Assembly: GCA_045807245.1 (NCBI GenBank)
Contig: JBJMHS010000002.1
Coordinates: 1-36,075 of the forward strand
From: Actinomycetales bacterium
Lineage (GTDB): Bacteria; Actinomycetota; Actinomycetes; Actinomycetales; CAVURS01
Length of the DNA: 36,075 nucleotides
Direction of reading: 5' to 3'
In this document: in pieces, positions 1 through 9,558 of the stretch
How positions within the stretch are numbered: the stretch's first letter is position 1
How the letters are laid out: every line of letters begins with the position of its first letter
Position numbers and translations under genes: made by a program
The notes under the pieces: model-generated
Databases searched by the model: none
Seen by the model: only the letters and a program-made list of their open reading frames with translations
What the model was told of the DNA's origin: nothing

Positions 1-99
1 GACATGCTCGCGCACCGTGCCGTCCGGCGCGACGACGATGTCGACGAGTGCCTCGCCGACGACCAGGGTCAGCGCGCCACCCGGTCCTGCCTCAGCCAT
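1..99 (-). CDS. PfkB-family carbohydrate kinase, N-terminus (runs off the left end of the window)
   Basis: Manual translation from ATG at 99: MAEAGPGGALTLVVGEALVDIVVAPDGTVREHV. The GEALVD start is typical of PfkB/fructokinase-like proteins. GAGGTG lies upstream, and the start overlaps the end of the peroxiredoxin gene. Confidence 0.75.
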   Translation of the reverse strand, partial: MAEAGPGGALTLVVGEALVDIVVAPDGTVREHV

Positions 100-647
100 C
101 GCAGCACCTCCTCGGCATGCGTGTCGGGTGGGAAGACCGGGTACCAGACCCGCTCGATCCGCCCGTCCGTGACGAGGAGCGTGATCCGCCTCAGCAGGCG
201 CTGGCCGGCGACCTTCAGGGTCGGCAGGCCGATCGCGTCGGTGAGCGCGTGCTGCTCGTCGGAGAGAAGCGCGAACGGCAGGTGCAGCCGCTCGACCGCC
301 TCGCGCTGGTACGCCGTGTCCTGGGTCGAGAGCCCGAGCACATCGGCGCCGACCGCCGCCAGCTCGGCGTGGTGGTCGCGGAACCCGCACGACTCCGGCG
401 TGCAGCCACGCGCGCCGGGGATGCTGTCCCAGTCCTCCACCAGGGAGGGCTCGCCGGGAACGCCGGTGCGTGGATACGCATACACGACAACGGATCCGGC
501 GACCGAGGCGAGGTCGACGGTGCCGTCACTGGTCGAGGCGAGCGGCACCGATGGCAACGTCAGGCCGGGCAGGTGGTCGGCCGCGCCGTCGTCCTCCGGC
601 ACCGGGAGGGCGGTCGGCAGGTCGGTCCAGTCGCCCTGGTCGCTCAC
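69..647 (-). CDS. Peroxiredoxin (BCP/AhpC-TSA family)
   Basis: VVYAYPRTG...PGARGCTPESCGFRDH peroxidatic motif; C-terminal RITL...GRIERVWYPVFPPD. Confidence 0.9.
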   Translation of the reverse strand: MSDQGDWTDLPTALPVPEDDGAADHLPGLTLPSVPLASTSDGTVDLASVAGSVVVYAYPRTGVPGEPSLVEDWDSIPGARGCTPESCGFRDHHAELAAVGADVLGLSTQDTAYQREAVERLHLPFALLSDEQHALTDAIGLPTLKVAGQRLLRRITLLVTDGRIERVWYPVFPPDTHAEEVLRWLRQDRVAR

Positions 648-681
648 GTCGTCATCGTCCCCGGTCCGTCGCGGTCACTGC

Positions 682-1662
682 TCAGCCGATGCTCAGGTCT
701 TCGACCTTGGTCGACTGGTGAGTCGCCTCCACCCGCCGGATCGTGCCGCTGCGCGACCGCATGACCAGCGACGAGGTCGACGCGCCGCCGGGGAAGAACT
801 GCACGCCCCGGAGCAGCTCGCCGTTCGTGATGCCGGTGGCGGCGAAGAACACGTCGCCGCGGACCAGGTCGTTGACCTCGAGCACCCGGTCCAGGTCGTG
901 GCCCGCGTCGAGGGCCCGCTGGCGTTCGGCGTCGTCTCGCGGCCACAGACGTCCTTGCAGCACACCGCCCATGCACTTCAGGGCACAGGCAGAGATGATC
1001 CCCTCCGGCGTACCGCCGACGCCGACCATGAGGTCCACGCCCGTGTCGGGCCGGGCCGCCATGATCGCGCCGGCGACGTCTCCGTCGGAGATGAACTTGA
1101 TCCGGGCGCCGCTCTCCCGGATGTCGGATACGAGCTGCTCGTGCCGCTGGCGGTCGAGCACCACGACCGTCAGGTCGGAGGGGTCCTCGCCCTTGGCTTT
1201 GGCCAGGGCGCGGATGTTCTCGCCGACCGGCAGCCGGATGTCCACCACACCGATGCCCTCCGGGCCGGTGGCCAGCTTGTCCATGTAGAACACGGCACTC
1301 GGGTCGTACATCGCGCCGCGGTCCGAGACCGCCAGCACGGACAAGGCGTTGTCCTGCCCCTTGCCGGTCAGCGTCGTACCGTCGATCGGGTCGACCGCGA
1401 CGTCGACCTCGGGACCGCTGCCGTCGCCCACCCGCTCGCCGTTGTACAGCATGGGGGCCTGGTCCTTCTCGCCCTCACCGATCACGACGATGCCGTTCAT
1501 GGAGACCCGGCTGATCATGCTGCGCATCGCGTCGACGGCTGCGCCGTCCGCGGCGTTCTTGTCGCCGCGCCCGACCCAGCGGGCGGCGGCCAGCGCGGCC
1601 GCCTCGGTGAGGCGGACCAGCTCCAGAGCCAGGTTGCGGCCGGGCAGCGGTCCTTGGGTCAT
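682..1662 (-). CDS. glpX: Class II fructose-1,6-bisphosphatase
   Basis: [48 protein letters not shown]. Start trimmed to ATG 1662, preceded by a GAAGGAA RBS. Confidence 0.96.
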   Translation of the reverse strand: MTQGPLPGRNLALELVRLTEAAALAAARWVGRGDKNAADGAAVDAMRSMISRVSMNGIVVIGEGEKDQAPMLYNGERVGDGSGPEVDVAVDPIDGTTLTGKGQDNALSVLAVSDRGAMYDPSAVFYMDKLATGPEGIGVVDIRLPVGENIRALAKAKGEDPSDLTVVVLDRQRHEQLVSDIRESGARIKFISDGDVAGAIMAARPDTGVDLMVGVGGTPEGIISACALKCMGGVLQGRLWPRDDAERQRALDAGHDLDRVLEVNDLVRGDVFFAATGITNGELLRGVQFFPGGASTSSLVMRSRSGTIRRVEATHQSTKVEDLSIG

Positions 1663-1740
1663 CGCGTGTTCCTTCGCCTGACGACGAGCACCCCGGTGCA
1701 GGGGCTCCGATGCTAGCGGGCGGGGTGACACGATGGCTGC

Positions 1741-2280
1741 GTGAGCGAGACGGTCGCCCGGCGCCGGGCCAGCCGCAGCGTCGCGGACATGATCCGCTCG
1801 CTGGTGGTCGTCGGCGGGGTCGTCGTCGTGCTGGTCCTGATCGTGCCCAGACCGAGCGCGGTGAACCAGCCGCCGGTCGACGTCGTCGGGGTTGCGCAGG
1901 GGGCCAAGCCGGACGCGTCGTTCCCGCTGTCGGTGCCGCAGAGCCTGCCCGACGAGTGGCGCGCGACCAGTGCGCGGCTGCTCGACGGGACGGACCACGT
2001 GCAGACCTGGCACGTCGGCTACCAGACGGCGGACGCGCAGTACGCCGCGGTCGAGCAGGCGAAGGACGCCACCGCGACCTGGCTGCGGGCCAACACGCAG
2101 GACGGCGACCCGGTCGGGACGCTTACGGTGGCGGGCGCGTTGTGGACGCAGTACCTGCACGAGAACCGGCTGCAGCGCACGCTGCTGTTCGTGCACGGCG
2201 ACGTGACCACCCTGGTGACCGGTACGGCGAGCTGGACCGACCTCGCGAGGCTGGCCGCGAGCCTCGAGCCCGCGCCCTGA
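1741..2280 (+). CDS. DUF4245-like membrane-anchored protein
   Basis: DMIRSL followed by one TM helix, then [11 protein letters not shown] and WHVGY motifs. Divergent from glpX, the usual actinobacterial position for this family. Confidence 0.85.
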   Translation: MSETVARRRASRSVADMIRSLVVVGGVVVVLVLIVPRPSAVNQPPVDVVGVAQGAKPDASFPLSVPQSLPDEWRATSARLLDGTDHVQTWHVGYQTADAQYAAVEQAKDATATWLRANTQDGDPVGTLTVAGALWTQYLHENRLQRTLLFVHGDVTTLVTGTASWTDLARLAASLEPAP

Positions 2281-2331
2281 CGCCGCGGAAATTCGCGGCG
2301 CCGTAGGACGTCGGATGACTACCCTCGCCGC

Positions 2332-2976
2332 ATGAGCTGGGCGAGCTTCCTCCTGGTGGCGGTCGTCGTCAGCCTGACCCCGGGCCCGGCAACGGCAACC
2401 ATCATCCGTACGTCGGCGCGTTCCGGTCGTCGTACCGCGCTGGCCGCGATCGCCGGCAACAGCATCGGCGTCCTGCTCTGGGCGACGCTCTCCGCGGTCG
2501 GTGTCTCCTCGCTCATCCTCGCTTCGCGGATCGCGTACGACGTGCTCAAGTTCGGCGGCGCGGTCGTCCTGGTGACGCTCGGGATCCGCTCGCTGATCCA
2601 CTCCCGGCGAACCGGCGCGGCACCGGTGGCCGACCGCCGGACCGCAGCGCCGGTGGCCGGCCGCCGTACCGAGCCCCGGACCATCGCGTCCGGATGGCGG
2701 GCCGGCCTGCTCACCGGTGTCGCCAACCCCAAGCTGGCGGTGTTCTTCGTGGCGCTGTTCCCCCAGTTCCTCGACCCGTCCGACCCGGTGCTGCCGTACG
2801 CGCTCGCGATGGCACTCGTCGTCGTCGCGGTCGACGTCGTGTGGTTCTCGACGCTCGCCGTCGCGGTCGACCGGGCCGGCTCTATCCTGCGGCCCCGGGT
2901 CAACGCGTGGCTCGAGCGGGTCGCCGGCGGCGTGATGGTCGCGCTCGGCGCGCGCCTCGCCGTCGAGTCGGGCTAG
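2332..2976 (+). CDS. LysE/RhtB family amino-acid translocator
   Basis: SLTPGP, LKFGGA and NPKLAVFF...FPQF motifs; multiple hydrophobic helices. Confidence 0.92.
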   Translation: MSWASFLLVAVVVSLTPGPATATIIRTSARSGRRTALAAIAGNSIGVLLWATLSAVGVSSLILASRIAYDVLKFGGAVVLVTLGIRSLIHSRRTGAAPVADRRTAAPVAGRRTEPRTIASGWRAGLLTGVANPKLAVFFVALFPQFLDPSDPVLPYALAMALVVVAVDVVWFSTLAVAVDRAGSILRPRVNAWLERVAGGVMVALGARLAVESG

Positions 2977-3230
2977 GCGTCGCCCGCTTCCACGTCCCTG
3001 CCGGCGTCACCTACGTCCGCGCCGCGGTCCTTCGCGATGGCGGCGTCCAGGGTGGCCCGCGCCCCGTCCAGCCACTCCTGGCAGCGGGCCGCGAGCGCCT
3101 CGCCGCGCTCCCACAAGGCCAGGCTGTCCTCGAGCGTCGTACCGCCGGCCTCGAGGGTGCGGACGACCTCCACGAGCTCCTCGCGCGCCTGCTCGTAGCT
3201 CAGGGTCTGCAGGTCCGGTACGTCGGCCAC
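2973..3230 (-). CDS. xseB: Exodeoxyribonuclease VII small subunit
   Basis: [45 protein letters not shown]. Confidence 0.95.
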   Translation of the reverse strand: MADVPDLQTLSYEQAREELVEVVRTLEAGGTTLEDSLALWERGEALAARCQEWLDGARATLDAAIAKDRGADVGDAGRDVEAGDA

Positions 3231-3267
3231 GCGGGCCAGCCTAGGGTCCGGCCGTAGGGTCTCCAGC

Positions 3268-3855
3268 GTGGCGGGGTCTCACGAGCCGGCGCCGGCAGCC
3301 GGACTGACGATGGACCGTCCTGTCGTCGCCGCGGTCTGCCGGGACGGTGGGCACCGGTTCAGCAAGCTCCGGCAACCGTGGGTCGACCTGGTCGCCGGGC
3401 TGGGCGTGGCCGGCGACGCTCACCTGGGCCGGAGCGTGCAGCACCTGTCCCGGGTGGCGCGCGACCCGACAGCACCGAACCTCAGGCAGGTGCATCTCAT
3501 CCACGCCGAGCTGTTCGAGGAGCTGGCCGGCCAGGGGCATCGGGTTGCTCCTGGGGACATGGGCGAGAACGTCACCACCCAGGGGGTGGACCTGCTCGGC
3601 CTGCCGACCGGCACCCGGCTGCATCTCGGACCGGTGGCGGTGGTCGAGGTGACCGGTCTGCGCAACCCCTGCCGGCAGCTCGACGCCTTTCAGCCCGGGC
3701 TGATGAAGGCCCTGCTCGACCGGGACGCCGAGGGTGGTCTGGTGCGCAAGGCCGGCGTGATGGCCGTCGTCGTCACGGGCGGCCGGGTCGCCGCCGGCGA
3801 TGCGCTCGCGGTCGAGCTGCCGGCCGGCCAGCATCGGCCGCTCGAACCTGTCTAG
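3268..3855 (+). CDS. MOSC domain protein (YiiM-like)
   Basis: [41 protein letters not shown]...GG. Alternative start ATG 3310. Confidence 0.9.
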   Translation: MAGSHEPAPAAGLTMDRPVVAAVCRDGGHRFSKLRQPWVDLVAGLGVAGDAHLGRSVQHLSRVARDPTAPNLRQVHLIHAELFEELAGQGHRVAPGDMGENVTTQGVDLLGLPTGTRLHLGPVAVVEVTGLRNPCRQLDAFQPGLMKALLDRDAEGGLVRKAGVMAVVVTGGRVAAGDALAVELPAGQHRPLEPV

Positions 3856-5102
3856 CGCTTCGTCGCACGCACGGCCAGCTCGCCGCGTGCGAGCCGGACC
3901 CTGAGCGGCTCGTCGTCCTCGACCTGGTCGGCGTCGCGCACGACGCTGCCCCGCTGCTGCTGCACGACGGCGTAGCCGCGCTCCAACGTCGCGGCGGGCG
4001 AGAGCGCGCGCACCTGGGCCGCGAGATGGCGGGCCTCGTCGGAGGCTCGCTGGAGCCGAGCGCCGAGGGCGGTGCGGCTGCGGTCGAGAGCCGACCGGAC
4101 ATCCGCGTCCCGGATCTCGACGATCTGGTGCGGCTCGGCCAGGACCGGGCGTTCGCGGATCGTGGTGAGTAGGGCGAGCTCGCGGTCGAGCCGCTGCTCG
4201 ACGGCCCGCAGGAGACGGCCCCGGGCGCGCCGGATGCCGGCCAGCTGCTCGGCCACGTCGGGTACGACGAGCTTGGCGGCGTCCGTAGGAGTCGAGGCGC
4301 GCACGTCGGCGACGAGGTCCAACAGCGGGGAGTCGACCTCGTGGCCGATGGCCGAGACGACCGGGGTGAAGGCGGCGGCCACGGCGCGCAGCAACGCCTC
4401 GTTGCTGAAGGGCAGCAGGTCCTCGACCGACCCGCCGCCGCGGGCGACCACGATGACGTCCACGTCGGTGTCGCGGTCCAGCTCCTGCACGGCGGCGGTC
4501 ACCTCGGCCACCGCGTTGGTCCCCTGGACGGCGACCTCGCGGACGGCGAACCGCACGGCCGGCCAGCGCTTGCGCGCGTTCTCGACCACGTCCCGTTCCG
4601 CCGCGCTGGCTCGGCCGCAGACCAGGCCGACGGTGCGAGGCAGGAACGGCAGCGGCCGCTTCCGCTCGGCGGCGAACAGGCCCTCGGCGGCCAGCACCCG
4701 CTTGAGGTGCTCGATCCGGGCCAGCAGCTCACCGACGCCGACCGGCCTGATGTCCCGCGCGGACAGGCTCAGCGAGCCGCGCTTCTCCCAGAACTCCGCC
4801 TTGGCGTTGACGACGACCCGGGCGCCGTCCGCGATCGGCCCCGGCAGCCGCTCGAGCAGCCCGACGGGCACAGTCACCGACAAGGACATATCCACGTCGG
4901 GGTCGCGCAGGGTGAGGTACGCCGTCGACGTGCCCGGCCGGCGCCGGAGCTCGACTACCTGGCCCTCGACCCATACCGGCGACATCCGGGCGACGTACTC
5001 GGCGATCTTGACGCTCAGCAGGCGCACCGGCCAGGGCTGCTCGGCCGTGGTGTCGGCGGCCTTCTCCGGCAGCACGCGGCGGGGCGGGGTGACGCTGGTC
5101 AC
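3852..5102 (-). CDS. xseA: Exodeoxyribonuclease VII large subunit
   Basis: VWVEGQ OB-fold start, [47 protein letters not shown] 5102 chosen because TAAGGT (-10-like) lies 7 nt upstream. Confidence 0.96.
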   Translation of the reverse strand: MTSVTPPRRVLPEKAADTTAEQPWPVRLLSVKIAEYVARMSPVWVEGQVVELRRRPGTSTAYLTLRDPDVDMSLSVTVPVGLLERLPGPIADGARVVVNAKAEFWEKRGSLSLSARDIRPVGVGELLARIEHLKRVLAAEGLFAAERKRPLPFLPRTVGLVCGRASAAERDVVENARKRWPAVRFAVREVAVQGTNAVAEVTAAVQELDRDTDVDVIVVARGGGSVEDLLPFSNEALLRAVAAAFTPVVSAIGHEVDSPLLDLVADVRASTPTDAAKLVVPDVAEQLAGIRRARGRLLRAVEQRLDRELALLTTIRERPVLAEPHQIVEIRDADVRSALDRSRTALGARLQRASDEARHLAAQVRALSPAATLERGYAVVQQQRGSVVRDADQVEDDEPLRVRLARGELAVRATKR

Positions 5103-5139
5103 GAACGGCACCTTAGGCGAGCCCACCTACCATGGGTGG

Positions 5140-6138
5140 GTGAGCGAACCTTCCCCGTCCTCCGGCAAGCGCGTGCTGCTGGCCGCTCCACGCGGCTACT
5201 GCGCAGGCGTCGACCGGGCCGTGATCACGGTCGAGAAGGCGCTCGAGCTGTACGGCGCACCGGTCTACGTGCGCAAGCAGATCGTGCACAACAAGCACGT
5301 CGTGCAGACGCTGGAGAAGCGCGGCGCCATCTTCGTCGACGAGACCGACGAGGTGCCCGAGGGCGCGACGGTCATCTTCTCGGCCCACGGCGTCGCGCCG
5401 GTCGTGCACGAGGAGGCGCAGCGGCGCTCGCTGAAGACGATCGACGCCACCTGCCCCCTCGTGACCAAGGTCCACCACGAGGCCCGCCGGTTCGCCAACG
5501 AGGACTTCGACATCCTGCTCATCGGCCACGAGGGCCACGAGGAGGTCATCGGGACAGCCGGCGAGGCACCCGAGAACATCCAGCTCGTGGACGGCCCGGA
5601 GCATGCCGACCGGATCGAGGTGCGCGATCCCGAGCGCGTGGTCTGGCTGTCGCAGACGACCTTGTCCGTCGACGAGACCATGGAGACCGTGCGGCGGCTG
5701 CGCACGCGGTTCCCCAAGCTGCAGGATCCGCCCAGCGACGACATCTGCTACGCCACGCAAAACCGCCAGGTCGCGGTGAAGCAGCTGGCCGGCGAGTGCG
5801 ACGTGGTCCTGGTCGTCGGTTCGCACAACTCGTCGAACTCGCAGCGGCTCGTCGAGGTGGCGCTCGAGCACGGCGCTCGAGCCGGCCACCTGATCGACTT
5901 CGCCGACGAGATCGACCCCGCCTGGCTCGAGAACGCCCGCACCGTGGGTGTCACGAGTGGAGCCAGTGTGCCGGAGATCCTGGTCCGGGACGTCCTGACC
6001 TGGCTCGGCGAGCGCGGTTACGACGACGTACGGCCGGTGGTGTCGGCCGAGGAGTCCCTGCTCTTCTCGCTGCCCGTCGAGCTGCGCCGCGACCTCAAGG
6101 TGGCGGCGGCGGCGGCCGCGGCCGGTGCGGCCGGCTAG
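5140..6138 (+). CDS. ispH: 4-hydroxy-3-methylbut-2-enyl diphosphate reductase
   Basis: [49 protein letters not shown]. All three Fe-S cysteines are present. Confidence 0.97.
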   Translation: MSEPSPSSGKRVLLAAPRGYCAGVDRAVITVEKALELYGAPVYVRKQIVHNKHVVQTLEKRGAIFVDETDEVPEGATVIFSAHGVAPVVHEEAQRRSLKTIDATCPLVTKVHHEARRFANEDFDILLIGHEGHEEVIGTAGEAPENIQLVDGPEHADRIEVRDPERVVWLSQTTLSVDETMETVRRLRTRFPKLQDPPSDDICYATQNRQVAVKQLAGECDVVLVVGSHNSSNSQRLVEVALEHGARAGHLIDFADEIDPAWLENARTVGVTSGASVPEILVRDVLTWLGERGYDDVRPVVSAEESLLFSLPVELRRDLKVAAAAAAAGAAG

Positions 6139-7256
6139 GAGGCACGTTCGGCCAGCAGCTCGGGCGCCGTCAGGGGCCGTGGTGTCACGTCCAGAGGGAG
6201 CGCTTCGGGCAGCGGTGTCGTCGCAAGCTCCAGCTCGGTCATCCGTCGGGCGGTGACCAGGACCCGATGCTCCAGCGTCCCGACCAGCGCGTTGTAGTCC
6301 TCGACGGCGCGGTGCAGGGTCCGGCCCAGCTTCGCGCTGTGCGAGCCCAGCGTGGCCAGCCGCGCGTACAGGTCGCGCCCGACCTCGAACAGCTCGCGCG
6401 CGTTGCCGGCGAGCGCATCCTGCTGCCAGGTGAACGCGACGGTACGCAGGAGCGCGAGCAGGGTGCCCGGGCCGGCCAGCACCACGCCGAGCCCCAGGGC
6501 GTGGTCGTGCAGCGCCGGGTCGGCATCGAGCGCTGCGGCCACCATGGACTCGCCCGGCACGAAGCACACGACGATGTCGGGTGCCGGTGCGAACGCGCGC
6601 GAGTAGTCCCGGGCGGCGAGCGCGTCGATGTGGCCGCGCAGCGCTCGGGCGTGCGCACGCAGGCGCTCGTCCCTGCGTTCGTCCGGTGCACCATCGGCGT
6701 ACGCCTCGAGGAACGCTGACAACGGCGCCTTCGCATCGACGACCAGGTGCTTCGCCCCGGGCAGCCGGACGACCAGATCGGGCCGCACGCCCGCGCCGTC
6801 CGGCGTCGTACCGCTGACCTGGGTGTCGAAGTCGACTCGGGCCAGCATCCCGGCGTGCTCGACCACGCGCCGCAGCTGGACCTCGCCCCAGGCGCCGCGG
6901 GCGTTGGACGAGCGCAGCGCGCCGGCAAGGGACGCGGTCTGCGCTCGCAGCGACTCGCCGGCGTCGGCGACACCGCGGACGGACGCCTCGAGCCGGCCGA
7001 ACTGCTCCACGCGGTCGCGCTCCAAGGTACGGACCTGGCTCTCGACCCGAGCCAGGCTCTCGCCCAGCGGACCGAGCACGGCCGCGAGCTCGCGGTCCTG
7101 GCCGGCGGCCGACTCGAGGTCCACGACCCGCTGCTGGAGCAGGTCGCGCTCGGTCGTCAGAGCGGCCAGACGGCTCAGGCTCGCGACGCGGGCGCCGGCC
7201 CAGGCCGCACCCGCACCGAGCGCCAGACCGATCAGGAACGTGACCAAGGTCGTCAT
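6135..7256 (-). CDS. rmuC: DNA recombination protein RmuC
   Basis: N-terminal TM helix, coiled coil, [37 protein letters not shown]. Confidence 0.93.
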   Translation of the reverse strand: MTTLVTFLIGLALGAGAAWAGARVASLSRLAALTTERDLLQQRVVDLESAAGQDRELAAVLGPLGESLARVESQVRTLERDRVEQFGRLEASVRGVADAGESLRAQTASLAGALRSSNARGAWGEVQLRRVVEHAGMLARVDFDTQVSGTTPDGAGVRPDLVVRLPGAKHLVVDAKAPLSAFLEAYADGAPDERRDERLRAHARALRGHIDALAARDYSRAFAPAPDIVVCFVPGESMVAAALDADPALHDHALGLGVVLAGPGTLLALLRTVAFTWQQDALAGNARELFEVGRDLYARLATLGSHSAKLGRTLHRAVEDYNALVGTLEHRVLVTARRMTELELATTPLPEALPLDVTPRPLTAPELLAERAS

Positions 7257-7344
7257 GAGCCTGACGGTGACAGAAGCCACCGACAATGCCGACAAGAGGA
7301 GCACCCCGGTCCAGTTGCCGCCGCGACGGGCCGAAGAAACCCGG

Positions 7345-7737
7345 GTGAGCGATGCAGCGACCGAACCCGAACCGGCTGAACAAACAGACCTGGCCCTTCG
7401 GCCGGTCGAGGGCTGGCGCGTGCGTACTGACCTTCGCCAGGAGCGCCTCGCCTGGCTGGCCGCGCGACCATATCTCGACCGGATCCACCGCAAGTGGTGG
7501 CACGTGCTGACCCGGGTCATGCGGGCCAGGAACCGACCGCGCGGAACGGTGTGGATCCGGGACCACATCGAGACGGACGACCTGAGCAAGTCGTTGCAGC
7601 AGGCCTCGCTCGTGATCGACGACCTGGCGGGACGGTTCTCGCCGTACGAGCGCGAGGTCCTCCGCCGTACGGGCTTGCTCCCCGAGTGGTTCTGGCCGGC
7701 GTACCTCGCGGAGTTCGAGGCCGCCTCCCGCCGGTAG
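7345..7737 (+). CDS. Hypothetical protein (about 130 aa)
   Basis: Fills the rmuC-ychF gap. Non-repetitive, Trp-rich sequence with GC-rich third positions; ends 12 nt before ychF. Start codon uncertain. Confidence 0.65.
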   Translation: MSDAATEPEPAEQTDLALRPVEGWRVRTDLRQERLAWLAARPYLDRIHRKWWHVLTRVMRARNRPRGTVWIRDHIETDDLSKSLQQASLVIDDLAGRFSPYEREVLRRTGLLPEWFWPAYLAEFEAASRR

Positions 7738-7749
7738 CCTCTTGTCCTC

Positions 7750-8838
7750 GTGGCCCTCACCATCGGCATCGTCGGCCTGCCGAACGTCGGCAAGTCCACG
7801 CTCTTCAACGCCCTGACCAAGAACGACGTGCTCGCGGCGAACTACCCGTTCGCGACGATCGAGCCCAACGTCGGCGTGGTCGCTCTGCCCGACCCGCGGC
7901 TGGCCAAGCTGGCTGAGGTCTTCGACAGCGCCCGGGTCGTGCCGGCCACCGTCTCGTTCGTCGACATCGCGGGCATCGTGCGCGGCGCCTCCAAGGGGGA
8001 GGGGCTCGGCAACCAGTTCCTGGCCAACATCCGCGAGGCCGACGCGATCTGCCAGGTGATCCGGGCCTTCCACGATCCCGACGTCGTCCACGTGGACGGC
8101 GAGGTGTCACCGGCAGCGGACATCGAGACGATCAACACCGAGCTGATTCTCGCCGACCTTCAGACGCTCGAGCGCGCGATCCCGCGACTCGAGAAGGAGG
8201 TCAAGGGCAAGAAGACCCCGGCTGAGGTATTAACGAATGCCGTTGCGGCACAAGAACTTCTGAACTCGGGTACCACGCTCGCCGCCGGCGCGGTCAAGGC
8301 CGGCATCGACCAGACGGCGTTGCGCGACCTCAGCCTGCTGACCGGCAAGCCGTTCCTGTATGTCTTCAACTGCGACACGGACGAGCTGGCCGACGAGTCG
8401 TTGAAGAGCGAGCTGCGTGCCTTGGTGGCGCCGTCGGAGGCCATCTTCCTCGATGCCCGGTTCGAGTCCGATCTGGTCGAGCTCGAGGATGACGCCGAGG
8501 CTCGCGAGCTGCTCGCCGAGATGGGCATCGACGAGCCAGGCCTGGATACGTTGGCGCGCGTGGGTTTTGACACGTTGGGGTTGCAGACGTTCCTCACCGC
8601 CGGCCCCAAGGAGTCGCGGGCTTGGACGATCCACCGCGGGGACACAGCACCACAGGCGGCGGGTGTGATCCACACCGACTTCCAGCGCGGGTTCATCAAG
8701 GCGGAGGTGGTGTCGTACGACGACCTCGTCGCCGCCGGGTCGATGGCCGAAGCGCGGTCGCGAGGGCGGGTCCGCATCGAGGGCAAGGACTACGTCATGG
8801 CCGACGGCGACGTCGTGGAGTTCCGCTTCAACGTCTGA
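7750..8838 (+). CDS. ychF: Redox-regulated Obg-like ATPase YchF
   Basis: GIVGLPNVGKSTLFNALT, NYPFATIEPN, DIAG, GEGLGNQFL, and the TGS end AGVIHTDF...GKDYVMADGDVVEFRFNV. Confidence 0.98.
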   Translation: MALTIGIVGLPNVGKSTLFNALTKNDVLAANYPFATIEPNVGVVALPDPRLAKLAEVFDSARVVPATVSFVDIAGIVRGASKGEGLGNQFLANIREADAICQVIRAFHDPDVVHVDGEVSPAADIETINTELILADLQTLERAIPRLEKEVKGKKTPAEVLTNAVAAQELLNSGTTLAAGAVKAGIDQTALRDLSLLTGKPFLYVFNCDTDELADESLKSELRALVAPSEAIFLDARFESDLVELEDDAEARELLAEMGIDEPGLDTLARVGFDTLGLQTFLTAGPKESRAWTIHRGDTAPQAAGVIHTDFQRGFIKAEVVSYDDLVAAGSMAEARSRGRVRIEGKDYVMADGDVVEFRFNV

Positions 8839-8864
8839 ATCGACCCGTTGTTGTGCGGGGTCGG

Positions 8865-9111
8865 GGCGACGGTGGCCGCCGTGGGGAGGTCGAAGATCCG
8901 CCGGGCACGCAGGTCAGGGTCGAACCCGTTCATGAAGTGCGTCTCGTTACCGCTGCCCTCGAACACGAACGGCAGCCGGCCGTCCTTGGTGGGGGCGGCG
9001 AGCTTGACGTCAAGCGGGCGGCCATCGGCGTACGTGGCGGACTGCGCCTCGACGCCTGAACAGAGAAGTCCCCTCGGGCTTGGCCTCGATCACTCCGACG
9101 ACCTTCTGGTC
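8865..9111 (-). pseudogene. hsdR: Fragment of a type I restriction enzyme HsdR N-terminal endonuclease domain, with a +1 frameshift near 9060
   Basis: Manual translation: DQKVVGVIEAKPEGTSL / SGVEAQSATYADGRPLDVKLAAPTKDGRLPFVFEGSGNETHFMNGFDPDLRARRIFDLPTAATVA. It contains the IEAK and QxxxY motifs of HsdR nucleases. No start codon and no helicase domain. Confidence 0.8.
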
Positions 9112-9146
9112 GTGCCGGGAGGTCCCTCGACCGGTTGGATGGTGCG

Positions 9147-9479
9147 ATGGCGCTGCCCGCGACAGACCTCCACCGCATCCGCCTGTGGGCGCGTGAGCGG
9201 GTGCCCGAGCAGCTGCGGGACGAGCTGAAGGTCGAGGCTGACGTCGCCGAACGCCACGTCGACATCGTCGAGGTCCGGCCGCCTTGGGATGGCGTCGGCG
9301 ACCACACCCGGTTCCCCATCGCCCGCCTGCGCTACACGAGGTCGACCGGCCAGTGGTCGATCTACTGGCGCGATCGCAACCTCAGTTTTCACGAGTACAA
9401 GCGCAAGCGCCCGACCAAGAACGTCCAGAGCCTGCTGGACTACATCGAGACCAGCGGCGACCCCATCTTCTGGGGCTAG
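9147..9479 (+). CDS. DUF3024 family protein
   Basis: RVPEQLRDEL, EVRPPW, FPIARLRY, WSIYWRDRNL.FHEY and C-terminal DPIFWG are characteristic of DUF3024. Confidence 0.88.
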   Translation: MALPATDLHRIRLWARERVPEQLRDELKVEADVAERHVDIVEVRPPWDGVGDHTRFPIARLRYTRSTGQWSIYWRDRNLSFHEYKRKRPTKNVQSLLDYIETSGDPIFWG

Positions 9480-9512
9480 TGCTGGTCCAGAACCAGCCGC
9501 CGAAGTGATGCA

Positions 9513-9549
9513 TTACTTTGTCCTTAATGCTATTTTGAGTACAAAGTAA
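9513..9549. promoter_or_regulatory. AT-rich inverted repeat, probable antitoxin operator overlapping the TA promoter
   Basis: TTACTTTGTccTtAA-tgctatt-TTgAGtACAAAGTAA: 15-bp arms with 2 mismatches and a perfect outer 9 bp, abutting the AAGGAG RBS at 9548-9553. Confidence 0.75.
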
Positions 9550-9558
9550 GGAGCAACC

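Noticed and set aside
4..8091. Long ORFs such as 4..1716(+), 4341..6719(+), 5113..8091(-) and the 5' extensions of the glpX, ispH and rmuC ORFs
   Set aside because: Shadow frames of high-GC genes: Arg/Pro/Gly-rich, no motifs, and overlapping well-supported genes.
8622..9392. ORF-track entries 8622..9059, 8848..9228, 8930..9319 and 9090..9392 as real genes
   Set aside because: No recognisable motifs. The region is better explained by the frameshifted hsdR fragment and the DUF3024 gene.
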